Source of the DNA: Cercozoa sp. M6MM
Lineage: Eukaryota; Protista; Endomyxa: Ascetosporea
NCBI GenBank assembly: GCA_040357565.1
Contig: JBDODJ010000017.1
DNA length: 64,000 nt
Direction: 5' to 3' (one strand)
Part shown: piece after piece, positions 35,801-48,810 of the stretch
Layout of the letters: each line of letters starts with the position of its first letter
Position numbering within the stretch: the stretch's first letter is position 1
The notes under the pieces: generated by a model
Seen by the model: the letters and a program-made list of their open reading frames with translations, nothing else
What the model was told of the DNA's origin: nothing
Database searches by the model: none
Position numbers and translations under genes: made by a program

Positions 35801-37921
35801 TGACGTCGCTGAGAAGAGCGACGACGAGTTTGAGGACGAAGAAGAGGGCTATGGCGAAGACGCATTTGAAAGCATGTCGCAGACTTCGTCCAACGATAAT
35901 GTACTGCCTTGTGTGCATGCTTGTGACGGTGCATGTGTTGATGTATACGTTGCACATGCAGGTGTCGGAGGATACGGCGATGGAACTGGCACTCGAGGCG
36001 GTGGATTTGCTGTGGAGCATCCTGAGTGCCGACCCTTGCCAACACGCCTTCAAGGCCACCTTTGTCGACAAGGCGCGCACCGAGCTGGCGACACTCATGA
36101 AGCTCGCGCGACTCATGCGCCAGCGTTACACGTTCGCGCGTCGCTGCCTGGTGCATTAGTCTTTACCTCATACCAGCACCCCCCCCCCCGTATCCCCTAT
36201 CCACTGCAGGACAACATTCGCGCTTGGGTCGACAGCGAGGAGCGTGATGCGCGTCAGTGGATCGATATGTCGCACAATGCGGCCTTGCTGAAGGACGTAG
36301 TTAGCGCCTGGCTGCGCGCCGATCGTCCGCGCGTGCTGAAGCAATTCGACAAGGAGACGGGAGTCTATGCTGTGCTGGTGAACGCGCTGTGTGTGCCGGT
36401 TCCTGCCATCCCTGCCGACAGGTACCTTGACTGCGATTTGCAGACCATGCCTTTAAATGTCTGTATGTGTGTGTAAACAGGGAGGCTCGCATGCCGCAGA
36501 CGCCGGCCGAGATGGACCGAGCCAATATGGACTGTCTGAGCTACCTGCTGAAGGAGTCGACGTTTGTACTTAACGAGATGCACATCAAGCAGCTCTGGCA
36601 CGCTATGTCGAAGGACAACCGTCGTCGTGACATGGTACACTTGAGCGTCTGTATGTGTATGGGTGGAGAAGGTGCCTGTGAGATGACATACTCGAGTGTA
36701 GCTGCTGCTGTGGGCGCGCGACGCCATCAAGAAGCGCGAGCATGAGGAAATGATGGACGCGGAGGCGTTCGAGGTGCTGCTGAGCGAGCTCACGTCGGCC
36801 GTGCAGGGCCAAGAGTCGGTGTCGATGTCGACGGCGGCGTGTGAGCTGCTGGAGCGTTACTTTGTGCTGCGCAACGAGGACCTCGGCGCCATCACTGTCG
36901 AGAAACCGGCCGAGAAGAAGTCGACGACGACGACGTACAGCAGCTACTACTACTCTACGACGCCGACCTCGTCGACGCGCAAGGACAAGGACAGCGCCTT
37001 TGTGGTTCGCAACTTTGACGCGCTCGAGCCGTCCACTGTTGAAGCCTTCTGGGCCATGGCCATCAACGCCAAGAATAACAACGTCGCGCGACGTGCCACT
37101 CGCTTCCTCATCCGCATGTACAACTCACTGCGCACCGCCGACGATGACACGTAGGGCCATATACACACATGCACATGTTTCTCGAGAAGAGTTATCACGG
37201 GTGTTATGAGTGTGTGTGCACAGTGTGCCCATCACGGAGATGACGCGCGTGCGCGAGGCCTTCTTGCAGCGTGCCTTTGAGCTGGCCGAACAGGCTGACG
37301 ACAAGCTGAGCGCTCGCAAGAAGTGCCTCGATCTCGTCGAGGAACTCATGGATCACTCGTACTGCTTGCTTTGTGCGTGCGATATATATATATATATATG
37401 TAGATATATTTATTTGTTTATTTATTTAATTTTTTATTTATACATATATGTATGTATGTGCCACAGCGAGCGTCGTCGCGGTGTGTCTGGTCCGCGTGCG
37501 CACGGCGCGCTGGTGCGCGGTCGGCAGGTGCACATCAAGGTGCGCATTCGGCAGAAGGATCACGTCATTGAGGACGTGTGCGAGAACGACACCTTCTGGC
37601 ACCTGAAGCGGTACAATCCTCGTGTTACCCCGACCGTATTGTAGTATTTTAACCCTTACCCTGGTGTGCAGACAAATCAGTCGCGTGTTGGAGATGCATC
37701 CGGACACGATGCGTCTCGTGGTGGACGGACGCGACGTGAACCTGCTGATCGCCAACGGCACGCTGCTGTCGTCGGTGACGAACCCGATTATCAAGAAGAA
37801 GATCGCTGCTGCCGTGCGCAACACGAGCGACAAGGACTTCCGCGAGATCCTCATCTACGCCAGTCGACGCAACGACTACGACAAGCGACAGCCTGTCGTC
37901 GACAATGTCACGCAGAATCTG

Positions 37922-37998
<77 letters not shown>

Positions 37999-40694
37999 NN
38001 NNNNNNNNNNNNNNNNNNNNNNNNNNNNNNNNNNNNNNNNNNNNNNNNNNNNNNNNNNNNNNNNNNNNNNNNNNNNNNNNNNNNNNNNNNNNNNNNNNCC
38101 CCCCCCCTCCCGTAGACACCCAAGGCCGAAGCAGCGCTGACGTGGATCTTTGCCAAGTTCGCCAAGCGCACATGGGAGAGTCAGCTGCAGCTCGACGAGT
38201 ACGTGCAGTGGGAGAAGACGAGTCTGCGCGGACACCGCTACTCGGACGAGGCCATGCGCTTCCCGCAGTACATGTCGCGACGCGACTTTGGCGACTTTGT
38301 CATCGCCTGCGGTGCTGGCGAGCAGGCTGGTACCTGTCTCCCACTTCCACTTTGTTGACCATTCCCTACCTAATTACACGAGTCACTGCAGCCAACGAGA
38401 AACGTCTCCGCGACGTTGCGCGCAACTACGGCTCCGGTGCCGACCCCGAGCGGTATCATGTGTCTCTTCTGTGTCCCCCCCCCCCCGCACTACCTCGCAT
38501 GTGTGTGTAGTGACACAATTCCGCTGTGCGGTTTCCTGGAGTTCTACCGTCGCGCCTCGTTGGATCGACTGGGCTGCGTGTGGAACGATTTGCACGTGTA
38601 CGGCTTCCGCTGGGACTTCCGGCGGTACACTGAGCTTTCTGAGTGACCAGTGTGGCTCGGGTGTGATTTGGGAGGCATGTGTGCTTGTTGCAGTGATCTC
38701 GAGGTGCTGGCCGAGGAAGAAGCACTCGAGCAGGACTGGTCGCATGCGCCGCGCGCCATCCTCGTGTTCAGTGAGAAGCGCTACGTCGACAAGCTGTTCG
38801 AGTGGATGCGCTGCGCCGACACCAACGACAGCGCGCAGCGGTACCATACTATCCGTCCCCCCGTTTCCCATACGCCCGGCAGACCCCCCCCCCCCGTATA
38901 GGTCACTGCGTGAGCGCGTGTGGAAGCTGCTGTTGCGTCTGCCGACGGACCCGAAGCACACAGAGATGCTGCGCAAGGAGCCGGTCAAATACCTACCGGA
39001 GACGGCGCAGGACGCTCATGTGTTCGAGTACGCGCTGATCGCGGTGGAGGCGTGGCTCGATACGGACCCCGAGTTCGTGGAGCTTTTCTTTGCCAACGAC
39101 GCGCAGTGCTTCCGGCAGCTGTACGAGCTCTGGCTCGACGAGGGCACGCGCGACTGCGATGTGCATGCGCTGCGACTCATCTCGCGCGTGCTCATGCAGG
39201 CCATTCGCACGGTAGACCCCTCCCTTACCCTGTCTGTATTCCATCCTCTTGTCCCGCAGGTGCAACCGACGGCACTGCTGGCCACCAAGACAGGCACGGT
39301 GCGCGCGGCGGCCCAGCAGGCCGAGGAGGCGAGTACCAAGGCTGCCTCGAAGAACACGGGCAGCACGTCGGACACGGAGGACGAGGGCGACGTCGACTAT
39401 GACCATGCTGCTGACGACGAGAAGCAGGAGCCCGAGCAGGCGCCGGAAGAAGGCAAGCCCGAGGTGCAGCAGCAGGTGACCGAACCGCCGAAGGACGATA
39501 ATGCCATGTCACCCGAGCTGGCGCACAGCATCCTGCGCAACATTGCGCTCGAGCACGTCGTCATCTCGCTGCTGCGCACTCTGTATGTTGCCAATTTGCA
39601 ACTTGTTCTCTCATGCTCTTGCTTGGTTACATTCCCACCCACAGGTCGCAGGTGTCGGTTGAGACAGACGAAGAGGACCCGACCGTCGAACTGGCGGCTT
39701 CGCTGGCGCAGGCCTGCGTGTCCTTCGATATCAAGGTGCATCTTGTCTTCTGAACAGAAGGACAGGTAGATAAGCTATGTACAGGTGCTGCACGCGGTGC
39801 GCCGTCTGTTCAACGAGGAGCCCGAGGTGCTGTTCCGCTCGCTGCACTCATCGGTGGACACGGTGCGCGACCGCATGGGCAGCCTGATGACGCTCATTGT
39901 GACGATGCCGGCCGCGTCGATCGAAGACCGCCGCTGGGCCATCCAGAGTACGTCCCGACCACTGTGAGGTCTGTCTGTGTGCATGTGCATACTGTTGTGC
40001 AGTCCTGGTGGACTACGTTATCGAGCACGGAGCCGACAACGGCGATGGTCCCAACCAGAGTCGCATGACCGAGCACCTGTACACGCTGGGCGGCATGCTG
40101 CAGTCGGTACGCTGATTTTGTCCCCTGGGCGTATACGGACGTAGGTAGGACTGTTGTGTGGTGTCGCAGGTGGGCAGCGAGGTCTGCCAGAGCGACGACA
40201 CGTCGTGCAAGCTGCGGCAGAAGCTGCAGGCACTGACGGTGTTGCTGCTGCAGCACGTGGTCGATGTCGTTGACACTGTGCGCAAGGAACACACCTTCCT
40301 CACCTTTGCCGTGGGCGAGATGCACATGGTACAAGTCGGTGTACTCTATGTGGACACCTCTGTCTCATGACTCGTTGTAATACAGGTCGGTGCCATCCGT
40401 GCCCTGCGTGAGCTGGTGGAACAAGGCTACTGGGACTGGCAGCACTCGACGCTCAAGGTGAGCACCGTCATGGACGCACTCTTCCTCGAGTGTCTCTTCC
40501 CGAGCGAGCACGAGCCTGTGTGCCGGTAGCTTGACCCCCTCCCCATCCCTTACACTGTACACATGCATACACCTGCAGCAATGCGATGCTGCGCGAGGAG
40601 GCCTTTTTGCTGCTGGTGGCGGTGTCGTTCGTGACGCCGCGTACGCTGCTGCGTCTCGTGCGCATGCTGCGTGACCTGACGCAGGTAGGCTCTG

Positions 40695-40784
<90 letters not shown>

Positions 40785-43700
40785 GAATGTAGAGGTGTGT
40801 GGATGTGTGGCATGGTAACTGGACAGAACTTTGTGGACGCCGGTGGACTGGAGGCCATCAAGCGCAGTCGCAGCAGCTTCGCGGCGCAGCCGACGCGCAG
40901 CAGCACGAACTTTGTCGGTCTGCGCAACATGGCGACGACGTGCTACATGAACTCGCTGCTGCAGCAGTTCTACATGATGCCCGAGCTGCGTCGCCGCGTG
41001 TTCGACACGCCCGACCCGGACAAGGTTGCACTGGCGCGCCGGCAGGCCATCGAGAAGGCCGAGGATGGCGGCGATTCCGACTCAGATGTACCATACTTTC
41101 TTGTTGACATTAGTGACAGCTATTCCCCCTTCGTATGTACAACAGTTGGAGACGCCGGCCGGAGAGCTGGACTTGTCGGACGAGGCGATGCAGGCCGTGC
41201 CGAACGAGAGCATCGACTCGCTGCTGTTCCAGTTCAAGCGACTGGTGGCGCACCTCATCAGCAGCAAGCGGCAGTACTTTGACACGCAGCCCTTCTGCCA
41301 CGCCTACAAGGACGAGACCGGTCGCAAGCCTGTCGACGTGCGCGTGCAGCAGGACGCCAACGAGTTCTTCAACGTCTTCATCGACCGCATCGAGCGTAGC
41401 TCTCTTGCTGCTGCAGTGCCTTGCTTCGTGTACCCTCTTTGTGCACACAGGCGAGTTGAAGGAGCTGCGCGAGGCCGAGTTGGAAGCGGCCGGCGGTGAT
41501 GAAGAGAGCGTGCCACACCACGAGAACCTGCTGAAGGAGGTGATTGGCGGCACTGTCGTCAACCAGATGATTTGCACCAACTGCGGCGCTGTGCGCGAGC
41601 GGTACCTTGTGCCCAGTCTGAGAGGGAGGGATCCCCTTATCTATGTCTTGGTGTTGCAGAGAGGAGGACTTCTACTCGCTGTCAGTGGACGTCAAGAACA
41701 ATGCCAAGCTGTCGGAGGCGTGCGATGCCTTCGTGTCGAGCGAGCTGCTGTCGGGCGTGAACTGCGAGTCGTGCGGCCAGAAGACGGACACGAAGAAGCG
41801 CGCCGTGGTGGGACGCACGAGCGACACGGTGATCTTCCACCTGAAGCGCTTCGAGCTCAACTTCAACACTTTCCAGCACGAGAAGCTCAACAAGCGCTTC
41901 GAGTTCCCGATGGAGATCGACATCTTCCCGATGACGCGCGACGGTGCCGACGTCGAGAACGCGCCGGAACAAGAACAGGAGCAGGAGCAGGAGCAGGAGC
42001 AGGCTGAGCCGAAGCAGGAGGAGTCGGAGGAGTCGGACAAGTCGGAGGAGCCGGCCGAGCCGGAGCCGCAGGAGACAGCGGAGGAGCGCGAGAAGTACCA
42101 GTACGAACTGGTCGGCGTGTTGGTGCACTCGGGCACGGCCGAGGCGGGCCATTACTACTCGTTCATCGCCGACCGTCGCACCGGTCAGTGGTGCCGCTTC
42201 GACGACACGAGCGTGTCGCCTTTCTCGCCCAAGGACGAGCTCGAGCACGAGTGCTTCGGCGGAGGCACCTCGTCCTCCGGCTCTAAGAAGGACACTGGCA
42301 CCGGCACTGGTACCGACCCTCTTTTGTTTCTTAACGGAGAGGACGTTGTGTGTGTGTGTTTGGGACAGGTGGCTACACCGGCTACGGCAGCTACGGCTAC
42401 GGCACGGGCGGTGGCTACGGCAACAGCGACTGGGACCGCATGTACAATGCCTACATGCTCGTGTACGAGCGCAAGAGCTCGCTGCGTCGCCAGCGTGTGG
42501 TACCTCCCCTGCCCCGTGCATGTGTACGTATATGTGTATGTGTGACCTTGTGACCTTGTAACCTTGTGACCTTGTGCACCTGTGTAGCAGCAAGCGGCCG
42601 AGGAGGAGGCATCGGTGTCGGCGTCGCCGCAGCCGTCGGCGCAGAACAATGACAATAGCGAGTTCGAGTCGCGCATTCCGTCGCTGTGGCAGCACGAGGT
42701 GGAGTGCGACAATCACAAGCTGCGGCGCGAGCAGCAGATCAACTCGCGCGAGTTCTTCAACTTCGAGGCGGCGCTGTGCGAGCGCGCGCTGCGCCTGGCG
42801 GACGGCATGACGCAGGAGCAGCTGCACCACGACCACGAGCCCGAGGCCAGCGGCACGCGCTCGTGGCACAAGGTGATCGGCACCATGCAGACACTCATGT
42901 ACACGCACGTGCCGCAGCTGGCCGTGCGCGTGAGTGCCGAGCGACGGCCCTTCGTGGCGCGCGTGCTGGACCGCATGTGCGCACTCATGGAGCGACCGGT
43001 GTTCAACTCGCAGCTCATGCACATGCAGATGCTGCTGTCGCGCGTGTGGCCGCAAGCGAAGGTAGTCATTGCTGTGCTGTGTGCGTGGGTGTGGGGGTGT
43101 GCCCTGTATGTTGATGGGTGTGTACAGGTGGGCGACGGCAAGGACACGGTGGACGCCAAGCAGCTGCTGCTGGATCTGGTGATCTCGCGCGACGCCGAGC
43201 AGCGCGCCGTGTGCTGCAAGTTCCTGTCGCGCGTCGTGGCCGCGTGTGCCAACTCGATCGCCAACGCCGCTGCTGTGCTGCCTAAGCTGGGCGGTACACC
43301 CAATACTACAGATATATGTTTATATATATATATATGTTTATAGATATAACGTATATATCTGTGTAACAGACAAGGATCAGGAGAAGCTAAAGCAGCTGAT
43401 TGGCATGCTGCGACAGCGCATTGCATCGCTGTTCGACGCCATGCTGCGCATGCTGACGATTGTGTCTAAACACTGGACGCGCATGGACGACTACTTTGCC
43501 TGGATCGAGCACTCGCTGCGACAGGCGCCGCTGCTGCCTGGTCCTGGCACGGTAACCCCTCCCCTCCCCGTGTTTGTCTTGTATCGAAGTTGTTGACTTG
43601 CGCTGTTACCTTGCATCTGACCCAGGGCGTGGTGGCCACGTGTCTGCACGACGTGGACGCACTGCCGCGACTCGCGGATTTCTACCTGGCCGGCAGCACC

Positions 43701-44021
43701 GACAACGGCGCTGTCGACAGTGCCTCCTTCCAGATGTTCGCCGAGACGCGGTACATAACTGCACTGGCTGTCCTCTACTCTTGTCCTTCTTGTCCTTACC
43801 CCTGCCCTTATCCCCTATGTGCGTGTATGTGTGTCTAGACGAAAGTACGTGCACGGCAGCTACGCGCGCATGGGCAGTCGCTACAAGCGCGTCGACTTGC
43901 GCAGCGTGACGCGACTGATCGCGTCGCTCGTGTGCGTCACGACGGCCAACTCGGAGACGCAGGATAGCGCCGTGCTGTCGCGGTCGACTCGCTCCGTGCT
44001 GGACGACAGCACTGGTACCGT

Positions 44022-44069
<48 letters not shown>

Positions 44070-44079
44070 NNNNNNNNNN

Positions 44080-44128
<49 letters not shown>

Positions 44129-44980
44129 CCATGTGTATGTGTGTACTGGTATATGTATCTTGGCACAGGCGACGCGACGGACGTGCTGCCGGGCGTGTCG
44201 GGCAACACGGGCAGTCCGGCCTGTCTGAGCGACAACACGGCGGCGGCCTGGCTGATCGCCGGCGAGAACGACGTGCGCTTCATCACGTACCTGCTGGAGC
44301 GCGGCAGCGAGGACGGCGGTGGCGAGGCGGCCGGTCGCATGCTGTCGCACTGGAGCTTTGGGTGGCCCAAGTACTCGAACTTTGTGTCGCGCACGCTGAG
44401 CGAGAAGGTCACGGCACCGGCGCGTTCCTACGCCGTCGTCGCCGGCGGCAACGCGCACACGTAGCTGCCCTTCTTGTGACGTTGGGTCTTTGCGCTATCT
44501 GTTGTCACTCCCTTGGGTGTACAGATGTGGCATGGTGGCGGCCAAGTGGTTCCTCAACACGAACGACGAGTACCAGGTCACGCGCAACGACCTCTTCTGG
44601 TTTGGCACGCGCGGCGTCGCACGCACCGCCGTGCACGCAGGCGGTACTTCCCTGTGCTGTCTAACAGTGTGCTTGTTGGGCCTCAATGTTCAATGGTGTG
44701 TGCAGACGGCGAGGACAAGTCGGAGCAGCAGGTGGAGGAGCAGCTGGCGGCGATGGAGGCCGAGCACGGCAGCGTCGAGGGCGTGTTGGACACGCTGGAG
44801 ACACTGCGTGCCAAGTCGTCCTCACAGGTGCCTCCTCTCATTTCCCTTTTGTCTAATGGAGTGCTAACTGTATCTATGTATGTGTGTGGTGTAGCGTGCC
44901 ATCTACGCGGTGCTGGAGACGCTGTGGCTGCCGTTGCTGAGCGGTAACTATGTGTGCCAGTGCACTATCTATTTGGCCCG

Positions 44981-45026
<46 letters not shown>

Positions 45027-45749
45027 GGTGTGGGTGTGTGTGTGTGTGTGTGTGTCTATTATCTTTTCTACATACACGCTGGTGTTCGAGTAGAGAACCC
45101 GGTGATGGCGGCGTTCGCCATGGCGCCGTGGAGGCGAGCACGCTGGCAGTGGGTCGACCAGTTCCTCGTGGACTACGTGCAGGGCGCAGCAGCGTCGTCG
45201 TCGACGTACTACTACTCGTCGTACCCGTCGCGCGACACGCGCAAGAAGCAGAAGCTGCTCGAACAGCTCGTGGAACTCCTCGGACTGTACCAGTTGTCAC
45301 TTGTGGCCACCGAGAGGTACCTTGTCCTCCTCTACCTGTGTATGCCTATACTCACGCTGTGCTCTGTGTGTGTGTGTGCAGTACAAACGCCTCCAACAAC
45401 ACGACGAGCAACACGGGCGGCGGGAGCAGCTACGCCTATGAGGATGACTACGACAACCACCGTACCCTGCTGAGCTGACCCCCCCCCCCCCTCCGTGTCT
45501 GTGATGTGTACACACCGGCAGAGGTCGTGCCCTACACGGGCGAGCGAGCGCCGGCACACATGAACTCGGACACTGACACCGACACCGACACAGAGGACGG
45601 CATGCAGGTGCGTCCTTCCCCTCGTGTCTGACAGTGTGCGGGTACTGTACTGTGCCCCTCTGTAGATTCGGCCGCTTGACGACGAGTACGACGATGTGTA
45701 CTACGCTCCCGGTGGTGGTGGCGATGACTTTGTCGACAAGGGCATCTAA
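32869..45749 (+). CDS. Giant ubiquitin-specific protease (USP9/USP24/USP34-like, peptidase C19), ~48 introns
   Basis: Cys box FVGLRNMATTCYMNSLLQQ, QQDANEFF, FHLKRFE, His box YELVGVLVHSGTAEAGHYYSFI, WCRFDD and NAYMLVYER. Also N-terminal Tudor/MBT-like repeats, a ubiquitin-like segment and an EF-hand-like segment. Start MSSDEEYEE, stop TAA at 45747-45749. Confidence 0.93.
37925..37997 (+). repeat. Intronic (AC)n microsatellite followed by assembly gap 37999-38098
   Basis: Visible directly after the GT donor. Confidence 0.95.
40696..40778 (+). repeat. Intronic (AC)n microsatellite
   Basis: Visible ~10 nt after the donor. Confidence 0.95.
44023..44126 (+). repeat. Intronic (AC)n microsatellite with 10-N gap
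   Basis: Visible ~8 nt after the donor. Confidence 0.95.
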
Positions 45750-45904
45750 TGAGTAAATTGGTTGCGTTGTTTGCGTTGTTGTTACGGACCTAGCGTAGCC
45801 ATTTGATTCAGTTGCCACTGTAGCAATACAGCCCGCCCTGGCATTAGCTGTGTTCCCGTTTTTCATTGGCAGGTGTAAACGAGAGTAGATCCTAATAACT
45901 GAAG

Positions 45905-46640
45905 CTAATCCGAGTCCATTTCGCGTTGCTGCTGTCGCTCGGCGTGCTGGGAACGAAATCGCTCGGCTTCGTTGTGAAATTCAATGGAAGTCGCGCAGAT
46001 GAACATTGCAACCTTGTTCCGGACGTACGTTGCTCCTTCTGCCGTCCCGCGATGATCGCGAAAGCGCAAATAGAAAGTCGCAGCAGCCGCTTGTGCCGCT
46101 TTATGAACCTCGGCGACGGAAGCACTGTCCATTAAACAAGGTGCTTGAAAAACTTGCGAAAGCAGCCATGAGAGTGTACGTTCTAAAGCCGTGCATCCAG
46201 TGTCGCTTCGCGTCACGTTCCTCCCCTTCACGTGTCCAATCGGTGCGGCTGTCTGTCAGTGAGAAAATCGCACAGTCCTCAGTATTTAGATGAGGCACCT
46301 ACAGGTGTGCGCATACTTGGGTCGTGAGTGCAGATTGACGCTCCTGCCTTCGCCGCTCTTTGCAGGCCAGTACATCAGCACTTCATCAAAGCCACGGTAA
46401 AATCGGTGCTTAAGCCTGAGTAACAGCCCTATCTCTCCGCGCTTACTACGCATTGGCGTGAGGTTCTCAACGCGTTGCCTGGAAGAAACACACAGAATGC
46501 AGCGCATGTGGGTGGCAAGGCTGTTGATACGTAGCGCAGTGCATGCGCACGAGTCGCGAAGTGAGCGAGTTTCCCATCGACCGATGTAGTCATACACAAC
46601 GTACTGTGCAAGCAACTGAGGGCAGCGCTTTCACTGATTA
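45905..46640 (-). CDS. Hypothetical protein (spliced)
   Basis: ORFs 46286-46615 and 45905-46231 have protein-like composition; no family recognised. Confidence 0.4.
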
Positions 46641-46863
46641 ATCGTGCCTGCTGCGCGCACGGTCGAAACTGACCAAACTCCGATGTGTTTAGAATGAACC
46701 GGCTGCTTTGGTCATAGAGAAATTAAATTGAATCTGTCTTAGTGGTCTAATGATGTTAAAAGCGACTGCACAAAAGTTGGGTGACGTGTTTATTGTTTTA
46801 TTGGGCGCTCTCGATCCGCCCCGTCGCGTTCCCAGAGTTCTTAGCTGCACGAGCGGTGTGTGA

Positions 46864-48173
46864 ATGAAAACAGCACTGATCGCGTCATTTTTGGCGCTTT
46901 TTAGCGCTTTAGTGATCGCTGCCACACCCTGGTCATGCACCGAAGGTAAACATCGAAATTAATCATCGAAATTAATCCCAGTTTCGTGGATCTTGATCTC
47001 ATCTCAATTGCAGACAATTCGCTCTGCATTGGTGGCGAGCCCGCACTGTGGCTTTCTTCTGCGAGCTCAGAAGAGCCTGCAGTGCGAGTGGAACTGAGCT
47101 CGCGATCCTGTGAGCGAGCCGAAGTGGTGAGGTTAATTTCGCCCGCTGATTCGTCTCCGCGCGGAGACGCACCGAATGCGAAAAAACCCGGCGCGCGCTA
47201 TTGGAAGCTAAGCGCGAGTGCTGACACTTGCTTGAGCAGTTCCGTTGAGGTCAAAACTGTGGTCGTCTCAAAGGAGTCGAACCTCGAGTTGCTTCGCTTT
47301 GTGTGGCGAAAGCAAGATGACGGTACTTTTGCCCTTTTTGTTTTTCTTTTCACGTCTCTCTGTTTCACTTTGTGTCTTTTCAGTCCAAAGCGAATTTACG
47401 GATACGGACAGCGAAGTCTCTGGCGATCTCTCGGCCGTGCAAACTGTAAGTCATCTTTTAAGTTGAGATGTCTTTCATGCCCATTTGTCTCGGCGCAGTG
47501 GGACTACTTTTCGCTCGTGTACGTGGCGTACCGTTTCCTGCTTGAACACTGGAAGCAAGTGGCCCTCGCAATTCTCGGACTCTACGTGCTGCGCTTCCTA
47601 GACAAAAACTTCAAGCTGCGTCGCAACCTCATGCCGCAAGTGTGCTCGTGCATCTCAGTGTGCCAGCTCGGCATGGCGTATCTCAAGTAAAATTTCTTTC
47701 ATTTCCATACGTGAAAGTGTGCTGCGAGTGAAAGTAACTGCTGCTTGTGCTTTAGGGGACGAACGGCACAGGCGATGGGCAACGCGTGGCTCAACATGAT
47801 GGGTGGCCGCAATCGCCGCCGGCCGCCCAGTGAGGTGCGCAAAGGCAACTACCGCACCGCGCACGGCGTCGTTGACATGGACTCGGACGACGACGACGAC
47901 ATTGAGTGGCGGCCGCTCAATCTCAACCGTGGCTGGATGCGCAGCTCTGAGTGGCCGTGGAAGCTGCCGTTCTTTGACTTCGGCAGCAGAAACTCCGCCA
48001 ACAGCAGCAGCAACAACGAGGGTACCCGTGCTGCTCACGCAGCCGACATTGAGATGCCGCGTCGTGCCGAACAAAACTTGCACGATGATCTTGAAGATGA
48101 CGACTACACCGAGGACTCGCATCTGCTGCACGAGCAAATCATCGAGTTCCCACCCGCACCCATGCTTGAGTGA
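46864..48173 (+). CDS. Type I membrane protein (signal peptide, Cys-containing ectodomain, TM, acidic cytosolic tail)
   Basis: Signal peptide MKTALIASFLALFSALVIAA; TM VALAILGLYVLRFL; tail DSDDDDDIEW...PPAPMLE*. Confidence 0.65.
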
Positions 48174-48810
48174 CTCTGATTAGTACTTTAAGGTGTTACT
48201 GTCAACATCAAGCAATCTACTTGGCTGACTACTTGCTCCGCGTGGAATGGAAGCAACTAAGTTTAATTTATCAGTGAGTCATGCCAAAAAAGAAATGAAG
48301 TGTTTTGCTAAGGTTGAGTGCTGGTCACCTAACAATTGAGTGTTGTCTGACTTGGCATACCCTGTGTTTGGTAGAGTGGCGAGCAGCTCGAAACTGCTGC
48401 AAGAATTGAAACAGCCCTCTTTCCAGATAAAATTTACCAAGTACCTCAAAGGATACCGTGCTTGTTGACACCAAAGCAACTGACTTGCTCTATCTTGAGC
48501 AGGCAAGAGGGTTTTCTTTTTGTTTGTCTTCGAACAAACCTCTCAACACTCTCAACTGTAACGACGGCCCTACCTTGGGGTAACCTTCTCTCTTCTGATA
48601 TCTTTCGGTTTATTGAGACGTCGAACGAACACTAAATTAAACGACCTTACATTCTTACTTTTCTTTAATCGTTGCCTTCACTAAAATTGACAATCTCACA
48701 TCAACTAAGGGCTTCCAGTTACCCAATAACGTAGCTGTTTCTGTTCATGTAGCGTCGGTCGGTGATGTTTATCGTATCGCGACGTCCCGCCATATTCATG
48801 AGGTCAGACC

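Noticed and set aside
41682-43055. 457-aa minus-strand ORF and similar long antisense ORFs (e.g. 17523-18401)
   Set aside because: Antisense shadows of GC3-rich or repeat-rich exons on the opposite strand.
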